A stretch of DNA of 64,000 nt from an uncultured Acidobacteriota bacterium (GTDB lineage Bacteria > Acidobacteriota > Terriglobia > Acidiferrales > UBA7541), in the NCBI GenBank assembly GCA_963718945.1, contig CAVRAJ010000005.1:34037-98036 (forward strand), in the 5' to 3' direction. How positions within the stretch are numbered: the first letter of the stretch is position 1; each line of letters starts with the position of its first letter. The translations under genes were made by a program, and so were the position numbers. Of this stretch, positions 35,412 to 45,544 are shown piece after piece. Below the pieces are notes generated by a model, which saw nothing but the letters and a program-made list of their open reading frames with translations, did no database searches and had not been told where the DNA came from.

Positions 35412-38378
35412 TCAAGGAACTTCGAGCTTTTCAATTTTTTCCTGCGCGGCCATTACACGGATAATCTCCCGTTCAATTGATTGGGAAGTGACGGGTTTGA
35501 CGATGTAGCCATCCATTCCGGCGTTCTGGCAACGCTTGCGGTCCTCTTCGAACGCATTCGCGGTCATGGCCACGACCGGCAGGTGCTTGCCGGTTTTTTT
35601 CTCGCGGGCGCGAATCTTTTCGGTGGTCTCGAGCCCATCCATGATGGGCATTTGAATGTCCATGGCAACCAAGCCGAATTCCTGTTCAGACAAAATTTGC
35701 AGGGCGATCTGGCCATTTTCCGCAATGACGACTACGTGCCCCATTTTCTCGAGGAGCCGCGCGGTCAAGCGCTGATTGACGAGATTGTCCTCGACGAGCA
35801 GAATCCGCAAAGGCGCGCGCGGTTGGTCCACGGGCTTCACTGCCGCGGGGATCTTCGTGTCGTGCACTTCTCCGTGGCAGACTCGCAAAGCTTCAAGCAG
35901 AGCGGAGCGCCGGAAGGGTTTGAGGATCGTTTGCGTTACGCCCAACTGCCGGCAGCGATCCCTATCCGGCGGATCAAGTGGCCGCGAAAGAGCCAGAATG
36001 ACGGGCAAATCCCGCGCGCTAGAAGCGCGTACATCGGCGAGCAGCGCAAAGACGCCCGGGCTGGGCAGATCTTTCTCAATCAAAATGACCGAAAATTCCT
36101 GGCCTGTTCGCCGCGCTTCCACCAGTAACGCCATGGCCTCTTCGGCGCTTGCCGCGAGCTCGGCTGTCATGTTCCAACGAGGGAGCAAGCGCACGAGCAG
36201 CTCCCGGTTCACGGGATTATGATCGACGACCAGAACGCGCCGTGCCAAGTGCTGCAAAACCGGCTGTGAATCTCCGCTCTTCGCCGCTTTCGGATTTTCC
36301 GGCGCCGGCTCCCCGAGGACATGCATTGTGAAATGGAACTCGCTGCCGCGGCCCGCTTCACTTTCCACCCAGATGCGCCCACCCATCAGATGCACCAGCC
36401 GTTGGCAAATCGAAAGGCCGAGTCCCGTGCCGCCGTAGCGCCGCGAGGTGGACATATCCGCCTGAGCGAACGGTTCAAAGATCGTCTTTCGTTTTTCCTC
36501 TGCAATTCCGATGCCGGTGTCGGAGACCGTGAATTCCAGCATCAACCCACCCTCAGTGGTCCCGGCGTGGTGACCATAAATTGCCACTTGTCCCTTGCTC
36601 GTGAATTTCAGGGCGTTTCCGACCAGATTGATGAGCACCTGCCGCAAGCGCATGGAATCGCCGCGCACCACGTCGGGAATGTCCTTGCCGATACTCCAGA
36701 CTAGTGCGATGCCCTTTTGTTGTGCATTTAGCGCCAACGGCTCGAGAGCCTCCTCGATACAGTCTTCGACGGACATGTCCGCGATCTCCAAGTCCAGCTT
36801 ACCGGCCTCGATTTTGGACAAGTCCAGAATGTCGTTGAGGAGCGTAAGCAGAGATTCCCCGGAACTCTTCACCATGGTCAAAAAGTCGCGTTGCTCGGGG
36901 TCCAGGTTGGTTTCCAGGGCGAGCGTGGTCATACCGAGGATCCCGTTCATGGGCGTGCGAATCTCATGGCTCATGTTCGCCAGAAAATCGCTCTTCGCGC
37001 GGTTCGCGGCCTCCGCGTCTTCTTTCGCTTGCCGAAGAGCTTCTTGCACTTTCTTCCGTTCCGTAATGTCCACGAAGGTGACGACGGCGCCGGTCATTTC
37101 GCCTTCGTGAAGCAAGGGGTGACACCAAATCTCGGCGTCGAAGCTGGACCCATCGGCACGCCACAGCACTTCGTCCGTCTGGTGGAATCTTCGGCCGCCG
37201 AGGAAATCTTTCTGCAATGAACATTCGTCACGCGGATATGGAGTCCCGTCCCTCCGTGTGTGATGTATCACGTCGTGGATATTGCGGCCCAGCACGTCCG
37301 CCTGCGACCCGAAGCGCAAGAGCCGAAGCATCGCATGGTTGCAGAAAGTGCATTCTCCGTTGTTGTCCACTCCATAAATCGCTTCTCCCGTTGATTCCAG
37401 CAGGAGCCGGATGCGCGCTTCTTCTTCCGACAAACGCAGCTCGCCGGCGTCCCGTTCGCTGATCAATGCGCCCAACACCAGCCCTGCAAGCGAAAGAATC
37501 AGCATGAGAAATTGCAAGAGGGTCAGTTCACCGGGACTCCGGGGATAAATTCGGAGGGCGACGATCAGGCCGGTGTCCAGGGCAAGAATCGCGGCCGTGG
37601 CGCCGCGCAAGCCTCGACGGACCGCTACCCAGATGAGCGGGGGAAAAAGCAGATAAAACATCTCGTTACCGCGGGCAAACTTGCCGCTGAGCGCCACCCA
37701 AAGCACGGCCACCATGCTGGCAGCGAACATCGCCGACTCCAGTGCTCGCGGAAAGCCGCGAAGTTCATGCCGGTTCGCGAGGATGAGTGCTTGGCCGGTG
37801 GTGCCGTCACTTTCGGAGTAGCCCGCGAAACGACGCAGCCCCGGCAAAATATATATAAGGCAAAACGGCACGACGGAACCGATCGCCACGGCATCGCCCA
37901 CCCACCAGTTCATCGTCGCGCGAAAGTATGTGTGCGCGGGAATCAGATGGTCTGCCGCCAAGAACGCCGCGCCAAGGAATGCTCCCACGCAGGCGGCGCA
38001 ATTGCCAGCCACAAGTAGCCACATCACATCCCTGACAGATCGCAGGCGCCAATCTATCTTCACAATCCATTGCAAGACCAGCGCCGCGGCGGTGTACACG
38101 GCCACGAACTCGATGTTCCCCACCAAGAAAATATACGAGTGTACCGGCTGGTGATAGTTAAAGATCGAGGAGATGTATTCCGCGATGAGGATAACGGGCG
38201 CGCAGGCCGCTCCGAAACCAATGAGCGCGGCAAAGGCCAGACCCGTGGGCGGATACCATGCGCTAATCTCCGTCCATATCTGAAAGGAAATCGTGGAACG
38301 GTCGAGCAGCACGTACACGATGAGGAAGCATAAGGCGACTAGAAATCGTCGGAGCTTCCATCTCTTTCTTGGAGCCAA
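35412..38378 (-). CDS. Hybrid sensor histidine kinase: MASE1 membrane domain, PAS, HisKA, HATPase_c and two receiver domains
   Basis: MASE1-like [16 protein letters not shown]; PAS ([12 protein letters not shown]...); H-box [18 protein letters not shown]; N/G boxes ([27 protein letters not shown]); two CheY-like modules ([10 protein letters not shown]..., [11 protein letters not shown]...DIQMPIMDG). Confidence 0.9.
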   Translation of the reverse strand: MAPRKRWKLRRFLVALCFLIVYVLLDRSTISFQIWTEISAWYPPTGLAFAALIGFGAACAPVILIAEYISSIFNYHQPVHSYIFLVGNIEFVAVYTAAALVLQWIVKIDWRLRSVRDVMWLLVAGNCAACVGAFLGAAFLAADHLIPAHTYFRATMNWWVGDAVAIGSVVPFCLIYILPGLRRFAGYSESDGTTGQALILANRHELRGFPRALESAMFAASMVAVLWVALSGKFARGNEMFYLLFPPLIWVAVRRGLRGATAAILALDTGLIVALRIYPRSPGELTLLQFLMLILSLAGLVLGALISERDAGELRLSEEEARIRLLLESTGEAIYGVDNNGECTFCNHAMLRLLRFGSQADVLGRNIHDVIHHTRRDGTPYPRDECSLQKDFLGGRRFHQTDEVLWRADGSSFDAEIWCHPLLHEGEMTGAVVTFVDITERKKVQEALRQAKEDAEAANRAKSDFLANMSHEIRTPMNGILGMTTLALETNLDPEQRDFLTMVKSSGESLLTLLNDILDLSKIEAGKLDLEIADMSVEDCIEEALEPLALNAQQKGIALVWSIGKDIPDVVRGDSMRLRQVLINLVGNALKFTSKGQVAIYGHHAGTTEGGLMLEFTVSDTGIGIAEEKRKTIFEPFAQADMSTSRRYGGTGLGLSICQRLVHLMGGRIWVESEAGRGSEFHFTMHVLGEPAPENPKAAKSGDSQPVLQHLARRVLVVDHNPVNRELLVRLLPRWNMTAELAASAEEAMALLVEARRTGQEFSVILIEKDLPSPGVFALLADVRASSARDLPVILALSRPLDPPDRDRCRQLGVTQTILKPFRRSALLEALRVCHGEVHDTKIPAAVKPVDQPRAPLRILLVEDNLVNQRLTARLLEKMGHVVVIAENGQIALQILSEQEFGLVAMDIQMPIMDGLETTEKIRAREKKTGKHLPVVAMTANAFEEDRKRCQNAGMDGYIVKPVTSQSIEREIIRVMAAQEKIEKLEVP

Positions 38379-38831
38379 TCAGCCCTCCGGCCAGCCCATG
38401 GGGCGGGCCTTCACGGGTGAGGTCTTCGGGTCATCACTCTTGGCCACAAATGTTGGATTGCAAACGTTGCGGCCCAATCGTGTTCCGAAATGAAAATGTG
38501 GCCTGAAAGAGGACCGCAAGTGCTGCGCACTTGTGGACGGCAGCGATCGCCGGAAAGGGCGCTAAACATAGAAACATCAGCAGTTTTGCGGAGTCTTAAG
38601 ACACGCCGCAGGCACCACAAAATGCGGCCTCCCGCCCGTGTATATGCGCTCGGAGTGCCAAATCTGCGGGGTTTTCGCAGAGGGAAGAATTAGAAAATTC
38701 AAATGCGAAACCTTCGCCGCTTTGTGCCATGTAGGCGCCGGCTCACAGGCCCAATTGCTCCCGTTAGAGTAGCTTTGATACAGTGGCCGTTCGCTTTGAA
38801 ACGAGGGGTTGGCAAGGGAATGGAGGCGCGC

Positions 38832-39008
38832 ATGGGTATTCCGCAAGAGTTGCTGGAGATTTTGGTGTGTCCGATTTGCAAGACGCCGGTCAAACTGACC
38901 GCGGACAACTCTGGGTTGAAGTGCGAGACGTGCCGGCGGGTTTATCCGGTGCGGGACGATATCCCGGTGATGCTGCCGGAAGAGGCGAAGATTGAAGAGG
39001 AAAAGTGA
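38832..39008 (+). CDS. Trm112/YcaR-family small zinc-ribbon protein (UPF0434)
   Basis: [20 protein letters not shown]...[24 protein letters not shown]. An alternative start is ATG 38820. Confidence 0.8.
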   Translation: MGIPQELLEILVCPICKTPVKLTADNSGLKCETCRRVYPVRDDIPVMLPEEAKIEEEK

Positions 39009-39021
39009 ATAGTGAGTAGTG
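39005..39021. repeat. Three-frame stop motif GTGAATAGTGAGTAGTG (copy 1; copy 2 at 40883-40911)
   Basis: Contains TGA/TAG stops in all three forward frames. The Trm112 stop (39006-39008) is part of it. Confidence 0.6.
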
Positions 39022-39114
39022 GATGGACTGCGATCCGCGGTGAATCGGAAATAGGTACAACCAGAACGGTAATCAGGAACCGAAAAAACCAGAGCGGGAA
39101 AGTCACGGGCCTAC

Positions 39115-40179
39115 ATGCCGATGAACATCTCTGAATCTATTTCACGATTGAAACGATGGATTCCGAAGTTGCGCGGGAAGCGAATGGGCGTGCTTGGGGA
39201 TTTGATGCTGGACCGGTATTTGTGGGGGACGGCAACGCGGCTTTCTCCGGAGGCGGCGGTGCCGGTGGTGGATTTTGTTTCGCAGAGCGAGTGTTTGGGC
39301 GGTGCGGGAAATGTAGCGGCGAATTTGGCGGCGCTTGGGGCGCATGTCGAGATGTTTGGGGCGATTGGGGCGGACGAGGCAGGGCGAGCTCTGCAGAAAT
39401 GTCTGCGGGCGGGGGGGATTGTTGAAAAGGGAGTGGTTCCTGATGTCAAGCGGGTGACCACCGTTAAGACGCGGATTATTGCGCGGCACCAGCAAGTGGT
39501 TCGCGTGGATCAGGAACGGCGAGAGGCGCTTCGGCCTGAGACAGAGAAGAAATTGCTGGGCGTGCTTTTTAATGCGCTGAAGAGCCTGGATGCGTTGGTG
39601 ATTTCTGATTACGACAAAGGCTTGATCACGGATGATTTTGCGGACCGGGTGCTTAGTGCGGCGCATCAGTTGAAAGTGCCGGTTTTTGTAAAGCCGAAGA
39701 CTTCGCGGCTGTATGCGTATCGCGGGGCAAGGGCGATTGTCTGTAATGCGAAGGAGGCGGGATTTTTTGTTACGCGATCGCTGGGGGATGAAAAATCGAT
39801 GGAAGAAGCGGGGCGGGCGCTGCTGGCGCACTTTGGGTGCGGCGCGGTGGTGATCACGCGGGGCGAGAAGGGGATGAGCGTTTTCGAGGAGACTTCGCCG
39901 AGGCATTTGCAGATTCCGGCGACGAGTTTTGAGGTGACGTACGCGCGCGTGGGGCAGAGCGGGGTGGAGCGCGGGACTACGGGGCGGCAAGTGTTTGACG
40001 TGACGGGGGCGGGAGATACGGTTTTGAGCGTGCTTTCGCTGGCGGTGGCGGCGGGGGCATCGTTGGAGGATGCGGCGGTTTTGGCGAATACGGCGGCGGG
40101 GGTGGTGGTGGGGAAGTTGGGGACGGCGAGCGTTAGTCCGGAGGAGTTGGAGAATGCGCTGGAAGATATTCGGCGGTGA
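39115..40179 (+). CDS. hldA: D-glycero-beta-D-manno-heptose-7-phosphate kinase (RfaE/HldE domain I, PfkB family)
   Basis: VLGDLMLDRYLWGTATRLSPEAAVPVV...LGGAGNVAANLAALGA... and C-terminal DVTGAGDTV...GK motifs. There is no adenylyltransferase domain. Confidence 0.85.
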   Translation: MPMNISESISRLKRWIPKLRGKRMGVLGDLMLDRYLWGTATRLSPEAAVPVVDFVSQSECLGGAGNVAANLAALGAHVEMFGAIGADEAGRALQKCLRAGGIVEKGVVPDVKRVTTVKTRIIARHQQVVRVDQERREALRPETEKKLLGVLFNALKSLDALVISDYDKGLITDDFADRVLSAAHQLKVPVFVKPKTSRLYAYRGARAIVCNAKEAGFFVTRSLGDEKSMEEAGRALLAHFGCGAVVITRGEKGMSVFEETSPRHLQIPATSFEVTYARVGQSGVERGTTGRQVFDVTGAGDTVLSVLSLAVAAGASLEDAAVLANTAAGVVVGKLGTASVSPEELENALEDIRR

Positions 40180-40288
40180 GAAAAGAAGCGAGCAACTGAC
40201 GGGCGGCAGCAAAAAGCGAAATGAAGGAATTTTACGCAGAGGACGCGGGGGGCACAGACAGAGAAAAAAAGAAGAAAACGGCAAGAAT

Positions 40289-40311
40289 GGCACGATGTAT
40301 CGTGCCCCTAC
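40289..40311. repeat. REP-like palindrome, family 1, copy 4 (left arm truncated)
   Basis: GGCACGATGTATCGTGCCCCTAC lies between convergent genes. Confidence 0.8.
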
Positions 40312-40329
40312 GGGCGAAAGAGATAAAGT

Positions 40330-40776
40330 CTACGGCGGGAAGCTGAAGGATTTGTCTTTGGAGTCGACCCAGACGGTGACGACTTTGGTTTTCTGACTTT
40401 TGTCGGGGTCGTTGGGATCGGGCATGGGGGAGAAGGGGCTGATGGCCACGCGGATTTCGACGCTGGTGGTTGAGCCGGTGGGAGATTTGGCTTTGACAAT
40501 GGTGTAACTCTTCACGGGGCCGTAGTAACCGGTGGGTCCCCAGTCGGCGACAAAGTCCTGCAATTTGTAGCTGGGGCCGGGCTTCCAAAGTTGGTAGGCG
40601 TGGGTCATGTCACCGGCCACGACGGCGTTGAAGAAATCCTCCGTGGCCTTTTTTTCCGGATAAAAACGAAGGACGAACCAGACGGCGATGATAGCGATGA
40701 TGAAGGCCGCCGTCAGAGTAAATATCATGGCCTGAGATTTCTTGTGGACATCGGCAGGCGGTTCGAGAAGTGACAT
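40330..40776 (-). CDS. Membrane-anchored hypothetical protein
   Basis: One N-terminal TM helix (IFTLTAAFIIAIIAVWFVLRF) and a small beta-rich ectodomain. No recognisable motif. Confidence 0.5.
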   Translation of the reverse strand: MSLLEPPADVHKKSQAMIFTLTAAFIIAIIAVWFVLRFYPEKKATEDFFNAVVAGDMTHAYQLWKPGPSYKLQDFVADWGPTGYYGPVKSYTIVKAKSPTGSTTSVEIRVAISPFSPMPDPNDPDKSQKTKVVTVWVDSKDKSFSFPP

Positions 40777-41020
40777 TCAGTGGTCTCCTGCCCTGCGAGG
40801 CAGATTGGTCGAATTGCGAGCGTATCTAAATTAACCTTTTCTGGGCGGGATGGCTAGGTTTGGATGAAAGGTTTGGATGAAAGTGAATAGTGAGCAGTGA
40901 TTAGTGAGTAGAAGAAACCCTTACAGAGGGAATTGGTGACTTGGGCTCCGATTGGCGTCTGGTGAGAAACGGAGAAAAGCGGACCCCTCAAAGTGAGAGC
41001 CTATTTCCCAATTCATACTG

Positions 41021-41590
41021 CTATGCATCTCGTCTGGATATCTCTGGGATCTTTTCAGAGATAAGGCGTTCGAAACTTGCTAGATGTTCTGGCGTTTCGA
41101 AGGCGCGTTTTGGGATCACTGTGAAGGAACGCCTACCGTGATATAGAACAAATGAGTGATCGTCAACGAGGGCGCGACTGTACATACTCCATTCGAGCTG
41201 AGAGTTGATATGGGCGGTCTGGAAGTGGATGCCGTTCCCGGAAAATGCGAGGGAATATTCGTCGCGAAACTTCGGCTCGCCTCGGAAAACCATCTTAGGC
41301 ACGATACCGAAGCCGACAACAAGGACAAGAGCCAAAACGACTGAAACAAGAACCAGACTCACGCCCCACAAGGGTGAATCCGCCGAATGCCACTCGTAGA
41401 GGCCCAATCCAGCCGCCAGCACGATTATAACGATATCGACCTTAAGGCGGAGACGCGACTTGAGATGCGCACGCATCGCTCGGACGTAATCTTGTTCGGA
41501 GTAGCGAAATGAAAGATGAACTGTCGAATCCATCGGATAGTCTCCGTGAATCTGATTGTTAGAGCCAAATCCTGGGCCAATCTCGTTCAT
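41021..41590 (-). CDS. YcxB-like membrane protein
   Basis: Two central TM helices flanked by soluble parts. The C-terminal ...SFVLYHGRRSFTVIPKRAF resembles the YcxB family. G+C appears lower by eye. Confidence 0.5.
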   Translation of the reverse strand: MNEIGPGFGSNNQIHGDYPMDSTVHLSFRYSEQDYVRAMRAHLKSRLRLKVDIVIIVLAAGLGLYEWHSADSPLWGVSLVLVSVVLALVLVVGFGIVPKMVFRGEPKFRDEYSLAFSGNGIHFQTAHINSQLEWSMYSRALVDDHSFVLYHGRRSFTVIPKRAFETPEHLASFERLISEKIPEISRRDA

Positions 41591-41678
41591 CGCATACTAA
41601 CGAACAAAGGCTCGTTTCCGCCACTTAGCGCAAATGAACTCGTCCGGATTTTCGGGACCCGTGGTATGAAATTGGCAG

Positions 41679-42809
41679 TTAACCTTCGAGGGCGCCGGCG
41701 GAGCCTGCTGGTAGTTCAATGGCGTATTTGGTGCGGGCTTTTTCGGCGTGTTGTTCTAGGGCTAGCTCGATGAGTTTGTCGATGAGTTGGGGGAAGGGAA
41801 TGCCGCTGGCTTCCCAGAGTTTGGGGTACATGCTGATGGAAGTGAAGCCGGGGATGGTGTTCACTTCGTTGAGATAGATTTTTCCGCTGACTTTTTCCAG
41901 GAAAAAATCGACCCGGGCCATGCCGCTGAGTTCGAGGGCGCGAAACGCCAGTACCGCCTGGTGTTGGAATTTGTTGACTTGCGCGGGTTTCAGGTTGGCG
42001 GGGATGAGGAGCTTTGTGCCTTCCTCGAGATATTTGGCGGCGTAATCGTAGAATTCGCGGTGGGGAACGATTTCGCCGGGGATGCTGGCTTGCGGATCGT
42101 GATTGCCGAGGACGGAGACTTCGATTTCGCGGGCGTTGACGGCACGCTCGACGAGAATTTTCATAGCGAATTCGGAGGCGAGATTCAGCGCGGGAGTGAG
42201 TTCCTGGCGGGAGTGGGCTTTGGTCATGCCGACGCTGGAGCCGAGCGTGGCGGGCTTGACGAAGACGGGGTAGGGAAATTCTTTTTCGATTTGGTGAATG
42301 ACAACGTTTTCGTGGTGTTCCCATTCGTCGCGGCGGACGGAGACCCAGGGAACGACGGGGATTTTGGCGGCGCGAAGGAGTTTTTTGGCGACGTCTTTGT
42401 CCATGGCGACGGCGGAGCCGAGGACGCCCGCACCAACGAAGGGGAGTCCGGCGAGGTCGAGGAGGCCTTGAATGGTGCCGTCTTCGCCGAAAGTGCCATG
42501 CATGACAGGGAAGACGACGTCGATGCGCTGGCCGCCGCCGCTGCCGTCGAGGCGGACGAGGGCGGCATCGGTGGGATCGGCGCTCATGGTGACGCGCTGG
42601 CCGGTGCGGAGAACTTCGGGAAGCATTTTTTGTGCTCCGCTGCCGATGAGCCAGTGGCCTTCTTTGGTGATGCCGATGGGGACGACTTCGTATTTGTCGG
42701 GGTCGAGGCCGCGGATTACGGAGGCGGCGGAGGCTAGTGAAACTTCGTGTTCGCCGGAGCGGCCGCCGAAGAGGACGCCGATTCGCAAACGCTTTTTGTC
42801 AGGGGTCAT
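41679..42809 (-). CDS. ddl: D-alanine--D-alanine ligase
   Basis: RIGVLFGGRSGEHEVSLASA, FPVMHGTFGEDGTIQGLL, YPVFVKPA..GSSVG and EVNTIPGFT are canonical Ddl motifs. Confidence 0.93.
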   Translation of the reverse strand: MTPDKKRLRIGVLFGGRSGEHEVSLASAASVIRGLDPDKYEVVPIGITKEGHWLIGSGAQKMLPEVLRTGQRVTMSADPTDAALVRLDGSGGGQRIDVVFPVMHGTFGEDGTIQGLLDLAGLPFVGAGVLGSAVAMDKDVAKKLLRAAKIPVVPWVSVRRDEWEHHENVVIHQIEKEFPYPVFVKPATLGSSVGMTKAHSRQELTPALNLASEFAMKILVERAVNAREIEVSVLGNHDPQASIPGEIVPHREFYDYAAKYLEEGTKLLIPANLKPAQVNKFQHQAVLAFRALELSGMARVDFFLEKVSGKIYLNEVNTIPGFTSISMYPKLWEASGIPFPQLIDKLIELALEQHAEKARTKYAIELPAGSAGALEG

Positions 42810-43039
42810 GGAGATAGCCGGTTTGGAGTCTTTTGTTGCCAGTTCCTAGTTATAGGGCAAAGGTGAGAGGTTGTCGCGGAGGAAGTGGCGGGCGCGTGCC
42901 GGAGTAACAACGGAGAATTGGCTGGCGCGCGAGGAGCCGAGCAAGCGCGAGGGAGAGGCAAGCCAATCCCCTACAGGGAATTTGAAAACGCGACGGAACT
43001 TTCTTTGAATTACATCGTCTACAGAGGTGCAGGAATTGC

Positions 43040-45544
43040 GTGGGAGGATTCGTGTCTACAGAGAGTTCTTCACAAAAGCCTTTGCAAGAGTCATCTCACA
43101 GTGAAAATGGGAGAACGCCGTTTTTGGAGAATTTGTGGCGGGATGTGCGATACGGGGTGCGGACGCTTTGGCGGGATGCGGGGTTTGCGGCGTTTGCGAT
43201 TTTGATTGTGGGGCTGGGCGTGGGGGCGAGCTGCACGATTTTCAGCGTAGTGAATACGATTTTGATTCGGCCGCTGCCGTTTCGCGAGCCGGGAAGACTG
43301 GTGTGGATCGCGAACCACCAGGACGAGACAAAAGATATGTCCGGGAAAACTTCGCAGACGGACTACCTGTTGGATATGCGAGCAAAGAACCAGTCGTACG
43401 AGGATCTGGCGGCCTACTACGCCTTTTATGGACTGGGAGACGCGAAGCTGATCGGGGATGGACAACCGGAAAGGCTGACGAGCGTGCCGGTGACGCAGAA
43501 TTTTTTTCCGCTATTGGGCGTGGAGCCACAGATTGGGAGGCAGTTCAGCGCAGAAGAGTGCAAACAAAACGGGCCGAGAGTGGCGATGCTGAGCGACGGA
43601 TTGTGGCGGAGAAAATTCGCGGCGGACCCCAATATTGTGGGACGAGCGCTGCCGTTTGATGGCGGGCCGGTGACGGTCGTGGGTGTGCTGCCGGCGTCGT
43701 TTGATTTTTCGACGGTTTTTACGCCAGGGAACCGGGTTGATATGTTCGAACCGCTGCCGCTGTCGCCGGAGATAAATCGGCAGGGGAATACGGTCGCGAT
43801 GATTGGACGGCTCAAGCCGGGCGTGACGGTACAAAGTGCGGCGGCGGAAACGGCGGTGCTTGGGAAGCTGCTGCAGGACGCACACAAAGACAGAAATGAT
43901 TTTGAGCCGAAGGTTTCCGGGTTAGCGCAACACGTGAGCGGACAACTGCGGCCGACATTGCTGGTACTAGCCTGCGCGGTGGGAGTGGTGATGCTGATCG
44001 TGTGCGCGAACCTTTCGAATTTGCTGCTGGCGCGGGGCGCGACACGGAAAAAAGAAATTGCTATTCGCACGGCGATGGGGGCGGGGCGCGGGCGATTGAT
44101 TGGACAGATGTTGACGGAGAGTTTAGTGCTGTCGAGCTGCGGAGCGGCGTTGGGATTGCTGCTAGCGTTTCTGGGGACGCGGGCGCTGGCGCATCTGACG
44201 TCGGTGAGCATTCCGATGCTGAGCGATGTGCGCATCGATGCGCGCGTGCTGGGATTTACGCTGGTGGCGGCGCTCTTAACAGGTTTGCTTTTTGGATTGG
44301 TGCCAGCGCTGCAGGTGCAGGATTTGAAATTGCACGACACGCTGAAAGATTCGAATCGCGGGTCGAGCCAGGGGCGCGGACACGCTTGGATTCGCGGGGC
44401 GCTGGTGGTGAGCGAGATTGCGCTGGCGTGCGTGCTGTTGGTTGGCGCAGGGCTATTGATACGGAGCTTTCTGCGGGTACTGGATGTAAATCTGGGATTC
44501 CAGCCGGAACGGGCTGCGGCGCTGCGGATCGATCCGAATTCGTCGTACAAGACGCAGGAACAGAAGAACAGTTACTTCACGGAGGCGCTGCATCGGGTGA
44601 TGGACGTGCCCGGGATCGAGGCCGCGGGACTTTCGGATTCGCTGCCGTTGGGGCACAACCGGAGCTGGGGGGTTGCGGCGAAGGGCGTGCAGTATACGCC
44701 GCAGAATTATCCGGAGGGATTTCCGCGAATTATCAGCGACGGATATTTTCATGCGATGGGCATTCCACTGCGGGCCGGGCGCGATTTTACGGAGCGAGAC
44801 ACGATGGGCGCGCTAAACGTGATCATTATCAACGAGACGCTGGCGAAGAATTTGTGGCCGGGCGAGGATGCGATCGGGAAGATTGTGCGCGCGGACAGTC
44901 CGGAACGGACGGTGATTGGTGTTGTAGGCGATGTGCATCACATGGCGTTGGAGGAAGGGTCGGGCAACGAGTTTTACATTCCGATGAGGCAGACGCAGGA
45001 TTACGGGACGGTGGATTTGGTGGTGCGGACGTCGATGCCGACGGCGGAGCTGGCGTCGCGGATGCGAGAGGCGCTACGGCCGATCGAGCCGAATCTGCCG
45101 ACGGCGAATCTGCGAACGCTGCAAACGATGGTGGATCGCGCCGTGTCGCCGCGGAGATTTGTGGTGTGGCTGCTCGGGGGATTTGCAGGATTTGCGCTGG
45201 TGCTGGCTTCCCTGGGGATTTATGCCGTGATTTCATATTCGGTGAGCCAGCGGACGCAGGAGATTGGGATTCGCATGGCCCTGGGGGCGTCGGCGGAGAC
45301 GTTGCAGAGAAGTATTTTGCTGCAAACGCTCGGGCTGGCGGGGATCGGGATGATTGTGGGAGTGGTGGCGTCGTGGGCGTTGGCGCGGACGTTGAGCGGG
45401 CTCTTGTTTGGAGTGACGACGAGCGATCCGGTGACGTTTGCTGGGATGTTGGTGATTCTCACGGCGGTCGCGGCGATTGCTGGGTATTTGCCGGCGCGTC
45501 GGGCTTCGCGGATCGATCCGATGGCGGCGTTGCGAATGAGCTGA
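43040..45544 (+). CDS. ADOP-family permease (acidobacterial duplicated orphan permease; two MacB_PCD/FtsX modules)
   Basis: N-terminal LWRDVRYGVRTLWRDAGFAAFAILIVGLGVGA and two FtsX blocks (RKKEIAIRTAMGAGRGRLIGQ...; RTQEIGIRMALGASAETL...). No ATPase gene is adjacent. Confidence 0.88.
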   Translation: MGGFVSTESSSQKPLQESSHSENGRTPFLENLWRDVRYGVRTLWRDAGFAAFAILIVGLGVGASCTIFSVVNTILIRPLPFREPGRLVWIANHQDETKDMSGKTSQTDYLLDMRAKNQSYEDLAAYYAFYGLGDAKLIGDGQPERLTSVPVTQNFFPLLGVEPQIGRQFSAEECKQNGPRVAMLSDGLWRRKFAADPNIVGRALPFDGGPVTVVGVLPASFDFSTVFTPGNRVDMFEPLPLSPEINRQGNTVAMIGRLKPGVTVQSAAAETAVLGKLLQDAHKDRNDFEPKVSGLAQHVSGQLRPTLLVLACAVGVVMLIVCANLSNLLLARGATRKKEIAIRTAMGAGRGRLIGQMLTESLVLSSCGAALGLLLAFLGTRALAHLTSVSIPMLSDVRIDARVLGFTLVAALLTGLLFGLVPALQVQDLKLHDTLKDSNRGSSQGRGHAWIRGALVVSEIALACVLLVGAGLLIRSFLRVLDVNLGFQPERAAALRIDPNSSYKTQEQKNSYFTEALHRVMDVPGIEAAGLSDSLPLGHNRSWGVAAKGVQYTPQNYPEGFPRIISDGYFHAMGIPLRAGRDFTERDTMGALNVIIINETLAKNLWPGEDAIGKIVRADSPERTVIGVVGDVHHMALEEGSGNEFYIPMRQTQDYGTVDLVVRTSMPTAELASRMREALRPIEPNLPTANLRTLQTMVDRAVSPRRFVVWLLGGFAGFALVLASLGIYAVISYSVSQRTQEIGIRMALGASAETLQRSILLQTLGLAGIGMIVGVVASWALARTLSGLLFGVTTSDPVTFAGMLVILTAVAAIAGYLPARRASRIDPMAALRMS

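Noticed and set aside
39142-40293. 383-aa minus-strand ORF
   Set aside because: It has an extreme Arg/Pro/His composition and is antisense to the PfkB-family heptose kinase gene, which has clear motifs. It is a typical high-GC shadow ORF.
41787-42737. 316-aa + strand ORF
   Set aside because: It is antisense to ddl, with a Gly/Asp/Phe-rich composition unlike a real protein.
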